Below, piece by piece: positions 37,539 through 43,823 of a stretch of 43,823 nt of DNA. The first letter of the stretch is position 1. The number at the start of each line of letters is the position of its first letter. The notes beneath the pieces are model-generated. The model was not told where the DNA came from and searched no databases. It worked only from the letters and a program-made list of their open reading frames with translations. Source of the stretch: Octopus bimaculoides (lineage: Eukaryota); assembly GCF_001194135.2 (NCBI RefSeq), contig NC_068987.1, positions 58,785,880 to 58,829,702 of the forward strand, written 5' to 3'. The translations under genes were made by a program, and so were the position numbers.

Positions 37539-37757
37539 CCTTTTAGCATTTAAACTAGCTGCCATGTCTGGCTCAAATATTCTACCAGCTTTGTTCAAAC
37601 CAGCTAGATCCTACCTCTCCCACCTACTCTACAATGTTATTCTAAAAATAAACAATCACATCATTGAAATCTTTAAGTGATAAGACAATGCATGATTAAT
37701 TCAAAACAATATGAATAAATAAGCATTAAAGTTGACAGTAATAAGAACACTAATGGG
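37539..37757 (-). mobile_element. piggyBac-type MITE
   Basis: ccttttagcatttaaac...aatggg|TTAA. Confidence 0.7.
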
Positions 37758-38701
37758 TTAACAGATGGAGAGGAAATCACTGCCAGTTTAACAGGTGACT
37801 TTAGAGGCACTGTATAAAAACAAAATCTTTCATGGTTGCCCTACTAAGCAAGAGTTGAGGGAACTCATCACTGCTTAAACATAACTCTCAAACTAGGTTG
37901 TATTTTGGTCACATATTTCTCTTATAGCAAATATTTCTGTCAAGAAGTGGTATTGGTGTCTGCTTCCTGCTGCTGGAGATCATTATTTTTTGCCATATTC
38001 AAAAGAGAAATGTCATATCATTTGACAAACTGAGATCTGCTATGATGTGTAATATGAAAACCCCAAAATGTGATATTTCAGCAGTTAAACTTTAATTAAA
38101 ATGTTTCTTTGAGCCAAAGTGGGCTTGAGAAAGCAGTGCTTTGATCGAACTCTACTAGTATTAAGGAGGTAAGAGTAAATATATAAGCATTACATTTGAC
38201 AGAGAAATTTGAATGCTAAAGGGTTAAAACAGGAAGTTTATATCATAGAACAGCGGACTATTTCAGATGGGTTAGCATCAAAAGAGTTAAACAATGTCAA
38301 GTTTTAATACTGAAATGACCAGTATTTTTTTTTTTTTTTTTTTTCTTGTGACCCAGGTGCTGGAAATATATTTTTTCAGTCAACACTTCTGCAACAGGTA
38401 ATGATCTAAAGAGTGTTCAACTGAGTTGTTAGTGTTCTGACCTATTAACTAATGGATCAACAATGTGTATGTTGTTAGAGACACCACACCAACAGCAAAC
38501 ACACTGAACTTTCAATAGCTCACTTAATTTGGGTGTATCTTAAAGAACACTAGCATCACTGACGACTACTTGTTAAATTTAGTGTTGCAGTCACCACTTG
38601 TCAAGAACTTATGTTTTGCATTACAGGGTTGAAAAACCTAGTTATTATTAGAGAAATAAGCTGACTATGATCTGTTGTATATACAATATCTAAGCAACAG
38701 A

Positions 38702-39079
38702 GTGGAGGCGCAATGGCCCAGTGGTTAGGGCAGCGAACTCGGGGTCATAGGATCGCAGTTTCGATTCCCAGACCGGGTGTTGTGAGTGTTTGAGCGAAAA
38801 CACCTAAAGCTCCATGAGGCTCGGGCAGGGGGTGGTGGCGAACTCTGCTGTACTCTTTCACCACAACTTTCTCTCACTCTTACTTCCTCTAGGTGTTGTG
38901 CCTGTAATTCAAAGGGTCAGCCTTGTCACACTGTGTCACGCTGAATATCCCCGAGAACTTTGTTAAGGGTACACGTGTCTGTGGAGTGCTCAGCCACTTG
39001 CACGTTAATTTCACAAGCAAGCTGTTCCGTTGATCGGATCAACTGGAACCCTCGACATCGTAAGCGACGGAGTGCCAAC
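38702..39079 (+). mobile_element. Full-length tRNA-derived SINE, family A
   Basis: A box tggcccagtgg, B box gtttcgattcc; TSD aagcaacaga (38692-38701 and 39080-39089). Confidence 0.9.
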
Positions 39080-39439
39080 AAGCAACAGAGAAGGAGGAGA
39101 AACAAATGCTGCATATTGTACATAAGTTTGATATGAAACAAAAGAGCATGTCATTAGGCCAAACGCTTGTAGCATTGTAATTCTTACATAGAGGACACAG
39201 AAGAAATTTGACATCAGAATATTACTTTTATCTTTTGTTTCACTCATTGAACAGCAGTCGTGTTGGACCACTTGATAGGGTTTAGTCAAACAAGTACCCC
39301 AGTAATTAATTCTTTAAGCTTGGTATCTATTCTACTGGTCTTTTCTGTCAAACCACTAAATCACAAGGAGGCAAACTAACCAATCCCAGTTGTCAAGCAT
39401 TGATGGGAAGGAAACAATTTATCTTCTTTTTTTTATATC

Positions 39440-39815
39440 TTTTACTTGCTTCAATCATTAGACTATACCCATGCTGGGGTACCACCTTGAAGAATGAATC
39501 AACCCCAGTACTTATGTCTTAAGCCTGGTACTTATTCTATCGGTCTCTTTTGTCGAACTGCTAAGTTACAGGGATGCAAACACACCAACACCAGTTGTCA
39601 AGCAGTGGTGGAGATAAACACAGACATAAAGACACACACCCACTCATATATATGTATATGACGGACTTCTTTTCAGTTTCCATCTACCAAATCCACTCAC
39701 AAGGTTTTGGCCAGCCCAAGGTTATAGTAGAAGACATTTATCCAAGGTGCCACACAGTGGGACTGAACCCAGAGCCATGTTGTTGGGAAGCAAACTTCTT
39801 ACCACACAACCATGC
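39440..39815 (-). mobile_element. Near full-length family B2 SINE
   Basis: Motif match on the reverse strand. Confidence 0.75.
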
Positions 39816-40689
39816 CTGGAAAGTTTGTATCATAGAATCAGGGCGATATCGGGCAGATTGGCATCAAAAGACCTAATCTTCAAATCTTTACCTAGTCATT
39901 TAATTATTGGCCCTGTAAAAGTAATTGAAAGAGGTAATACCTCTCACTTGCAATTTATTAAAATATTTTAGGGTAAAAAAAATTAGGCTCTACTGCCAGC
40001 ATGACTATCTGGAAAATAAGGGATTATTTCAACTTTAGGTACAAAGGTACAAGACTACAAACTTCAAAGAGTAGTGTACAGTTGATAAAATTGATCCTGC
40101 ATATTTTACTAGTGTTTATTTTATTGATTCCCACTCCACTACTTCAAAGAATGAAAAGCCAAGGTAGCCTTAGAAAGATATGAACTGAGAACATAAAGGG
40201 ACATAACTAGATAGTATGAAGTGTTTGATTTGGTCCTTTACTAAAAGAGAGAGTGAGTGAGAGAAATAGTAAGATGAAATAATGTCACTTGGTTAGAAAT
40301 AAAATATTCATTATAAAATGAATAAAAATTATGACCTCCTTCAGAATTGATATATATTTGTTAATGAAATACATTAAAATAGAAAAGAGCAAATCTGGAT
40401 ACAGTGAATTAATATTCGACTTCAAAATATATAAAGTAGGGAAAAAAATAAAACTATTGTAAACTATCAGATTATTGTGATTAATAAAGAAAATGTTCAG
40501 TGAATTAGTAGAATGTTTCGTATTTAGTTTCATATTTTATCAGTATCACCTCTGCTTTTAATACTTCTGGCACTAATAAAATGAAATATCAGCCAAATAT
40601 TTGCTGATTAAATTGGCTACCTACCTCAAGAAATTTGATCAAGTGCTCATGTTAGAAAACATTGAGTTTATATATATATATTTATATAT

Positions 40690-40811
40690 NNNNNNNNNNN
40701 NNNNNNNNNNNNNNNNNNNNNNNNNNNNNNNNNNNNNNNNNNNNNNNNNNNNNNNNNNNNNNNNNNNNNNNNNNNNNNNNNNNNNNNNNNNNNNNNNNNN
40801 NNNNNNNNNNN
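40690..40811. other. Assembly gap inside a (TA)n tract
   Basis: Run of N. Confidence 0.99.
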
Positions 40812-40844
<33 letters not shown>

Positions 40845-41039
40845 CTTGCCATTGATATGGAAGATAAGAAAGTGGTATGGAAGTGCTATTACAAGAAGCT
40901 ATTGGATGAGATGAAGAGAGTTACCTTGTGCTGACCCTACAAAAGGACCAGTAATTCAAGTTGACAGCAGCATAGCAGAAAAGATGATCAAGGACATAAA
41001 GAAAGGGAAAGATGCAAGTGTCTATCAAGGATAGTTGCA

Positions 41040-41200
41040 GAGATGTTTAAAATATCTGGTAATAGAGCAGTACAGGATTATCACTTTTCTCCATCCTATT
41101 CTTATTCTAGCAATTACATTGTCTGTACACCCTCTTCTACTGCTAATTAGATCACCTAGGTAGCAAAAATTATCTACAACTTCCAGAGAGCTGCCAAGAC
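41040..41200 (-). mobile_element. RTE RT fragment
   Basis: LEVVDNFCYLGDLISSRRGCTDNVIARIRIGWRK. Confidence 0.75.
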
Positions 41201-41320
41201 ATTTGGATAGATAGATAGATAGATATATAGGGCAGGGAATCATCAATTAGTAATAAAATTAATAATCAACAATTTTGACGGGTAGCTCAGTATGAAAAAA
41301 CCTTTATCGGTAAAACCATT

Positions 41321-41465
41321 TATAATCATAAATATACAGGGATTAGCAGTAGCCTGCTTCTCCAACATACTGAGAATTCAGAAATAGTTCTTTGACTGCT
41401 ATTTCTGAATTCTCAGTATGTTGGAGAAGCAGGCTACTGCTAATCCCTGTATATTTATGATTATA
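41321..41465. repeat. Perfect inverted repeat, 67-bp arms, 11-nt loop
   Basis: 41321-41387 is the exact reverse complement of 41399-41465. Confidence 0.95.
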
Positions 41466-41524
41466 TATATATATATATATATATGTATATGTATGTATAT
41501 ATACATATATATATATATATAAGG

Positions 41525-41860
41525 AGTGAAGTTTGAGCCTGATCGTGCCATTTTTCTTTCTGGCTTTATACTGTAAGCATAGCCACTAGCAATGTGCACC
41601 AAAGAAGAACAAAGAGCAGTGATTCGAGAGATGGTAATGTTGAACCAGTTCACCATTACCATCTCTCGAGCTTGCTGAATCTTTTTGTCAGTGATGAAGG
41701 TTGACAGGTGTCCTGCTCCCTCTTCAAGTGTCATGTATGTTTGTCTGGCCATTTTTAAACTTCTTGATCCACTCATACACCAATCGAGTTTCCAGATTAT
41801 CCTTACAGTTTTGGCCAATTACACTCGAGACTGTTCAAAGCTGGCTAGCCCCAAAAATCT
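41525..41860 (-). mobile_element. Mariner transposase N-terminal (HTH) remnant
   Basis: Frame ...LEEGAGHLSTFITDKKIQQAREMVMVN..ITI resembles mariner EDxxRSGRPSTxxTxxxIxxxxxxVxxNRRITI. Confidence 0.6.
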
Positions 41861-42048
41861 AAGCTAAGAGCATGAAATATTTTGAGAGAAAGCAAGTGAA
41901 TGTGTATGACTGCAAAGACAAAAAAAAATGGAGAAAATGTTACACAATTACAAATAAAAATAACAAGAAAATAACAACAGGTGTCTTTCGACTAATAGAG
42001 ATGAATCAAGCTGAGATGATGTGTGAAAGAGTAAAAGGTTTGAGGCAA

Positions 42049-42321
42049 GAACATAAGAGATGAAAGTCATGAGACAGGAATATAAGAGATGCTTCACAGT
42101 CAGCAGTCAAGCCAAGAAAGAAAGATTATGCCTGGCTGAACACTGATCAGGTGGATGGAAAATAGAAGAGATAGGGGGCAGGAGGATTGAAGAATTAGGG
42201 GAAAAACAACAGAGAAAATCAAAGGGACACAGGGAAGGTACAAGGGAGAGATAAACGAAGAAAAGTAGGTAGATTAAGCATCCCTTATATTCCTGTCTCA
42301 TGACTTTCATCTCTCATGTTC
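42049..42321. repeat. Inverted repeat, 46-bp arms, 181-nt spacer
   Basis: 42049-42094 versus 42276-42321, 2 mismatches. Confidence 0.9.
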
Positions 42322-42785
42322 ATCCATGTTCCTGCCTCAAAGCTTTTACTTTCACATGCCTGTTTAATTTGATTTGTCTCTATTAGTTGAAAGACACCTG
42401 TTGTTATTTTCTTGTTTGTATTTGTATGTAACATTTTCTCTGTTTTTTTTTTGTTTTTTTTGTTGTACGTATTCGCTTGGTTTCTCTCAAAATATTTAAT
42501 GCTCTTAGCTTAGATTTTTGGGGCCAGCCAGATTTGAACAGTCTCAAGTGTAATCGGCCAAAACTGTAAGGATAATCTGGAAACTTGACTGACAAGAGAA
42601 GGCCACAAATGACCCATCCTTGTTTTACCCAATCCATCTTTTCGTTGTTTTACCTGTCTGTCTTTGTCTCGTCTATCTGTCTGGATGTTTTATTGTCATC
42701 TGTTGCGTTCTTGTTCCATTTGGGGGGATTTATATATACATATAGTGGCGTACATACACTTTTGCTCACCTTATATATATATATT

Positions 42786-42954
42786 TATCAATTAGAAAAT
42801 GGAGGATAATATGCTTAACCCAAAGACTTGCAGACAGTGTATCCCGTTGAATTCATTAATTTAATTCATAGCTAAAGTGATAAAAAAAACCATCGGGATA
42901 CACTGTCTGCAAGTCGTTGGGTTCAGCATATTATCCTCTATTTTCTAATTGATA
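42786..42954. repeat. Inverted repeat, 61-bp arms, 47-nt spacer
   Basis: 42786-42846 versus 42894-42954, 3 mismatches. Confidence 0.9.
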
Positions 42955-43124
42955 TACAAATTTAGGGTAACCACCCCCATTTACCCGCTCCCATTTATTG
43001 CACCTGGTATAACACTAGTGTAACAATAATTGGGTACCATCCCAGCAGTATATTGGATAGATACTATCCATTAGTGGGTTGAATCCTAAACCCCTAACTC
43101 TCTCGCATTATATATATATATATA

Positions 43125-43295
43125 TATATGCATACGATGAATTTCTTACAGTTTCAGTTTCTCAAATCCACTTGCATGGGTTTCATCAGTCTGGGGCTTT
43201 AGTAGAAGACACTTACCCATGGTTCTATATAGTGGGACTGAATCGAAAACCATGTGGTTGGGAAGCAAATTTCTTACTGCACAGCCACCCCTGCA
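43125..43295 (-). mobile_element. Family B SINE head and core
   Basis: Motif match on the reverse strand. Confidence 0.65.
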
Positions 43296-43586
43296 CCTAT
43301 ATATTTATTTTTCTTTTCAAAAATGTATACCAGAATAATTTCCAGTGTTTTATACTCCATGTCATTTTAGTACATGGTTAAAAGGAATGCCATTTCCTCA
43401 AATAATATACATATAAATAATAATAACAAACCTTGAATATGGTGATGCATCTTATCAGCCAACAAATACTGGAAGTGTTTACAAATGTTTTATACATTTC
43501 ATTTCATACACACACATGCACATCACATCATATACTATATAAACATGCCAGCTTTGCTGTAGCAACAGTCTTGATTTAATTTAATC

Positions 43587-43823
43587 CAGGACATACGTAA
43601 GCTCGCAAGGAATGAAGCCAGTATGCTCCGTTGGATGTGTAATGTCAATGTGAATACCCGTCAGAGTGTAAGTATCTTGAGAGAAAAGCTGAACATTAGA
43701 AGCATCAGTTGTGGCGTGCAAGAGAGACGATTGCGCTGGTATGGACATGTGGTGAGAATGGAGGAGGATAGCTGCGTGAAAAAGTGTCACACCCTAACAG
43801 TTGAGGGAACCCGTGGAAGAGGT
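43587..43823 (+). mobile_element. 5'-truncated RTE-clade LINE, intact ORF2 C-terminal segment running off the window
   Basis: Stop-free DIRKLARNEASMLRWMCNV...LREKLNIRSISCGVQERRLRWYGHVVRMEEDSCVKKCHTLTVEGTRGRG; RLRWYGHV and GxRxRG are RTE motifs. Confidence 0.9.

Noticed and set aside
38702-38775. tRNA gene call for SINE heads (also 20651 and 18340 on -)
   Set aside because: A/B boxes are present, but each head continues into a shared 300-bp body with TSDs, so these are SINEs.

Overview
Eukaryotic, AT-rich, repeat-dense genomic DNA with three assembly gaps. The mix of tRNA-derived SINEs, RTE fragments and (TA)n/(CA)n tracts looks like a coleoid cephalopod, probably Octopus; this is inferred, not proven. 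The only well-supported gene is the 3' two-thirds of a + strand glutamine:fructose-6-phosphate amidotransferase (GFPT/Gfat). Eleven coding exons from 3934 to 24275 join by GT-AG splicing, with consistent phases, into one ORF ending in the canonical C-tail VDCPRNLAKSVTVE*; the 5' exons lie upstream of the window. Main discovery: 10.6 kb further on, a second phase-0 terminal exon (34879-34920) encodes a diverged paralogous C-tail, TDQPRHLLKSYTH*. The canonical last coding exon has a strong donor 20 nt after its stop and a competing AATAAA. The locus therefore appears able to swap the catalytic C-tail of GFAT by alternative splicing. A candidate 45-nt cassette exon (604-648) lies in the intron that seems equivalent to the one holding the vertebrate muscle-specific GFPT1 exon. 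Introns and flanks contain SINEs (several in inverted pairs), piggyBac-type and mariner MITEs, a deleted Tc1 element, RTE/CR1 fragments and several long hairpins. Repeat boundaries were read by eye and are approximate unless a TSD or TIR is given; repeat family letters are my own labels.
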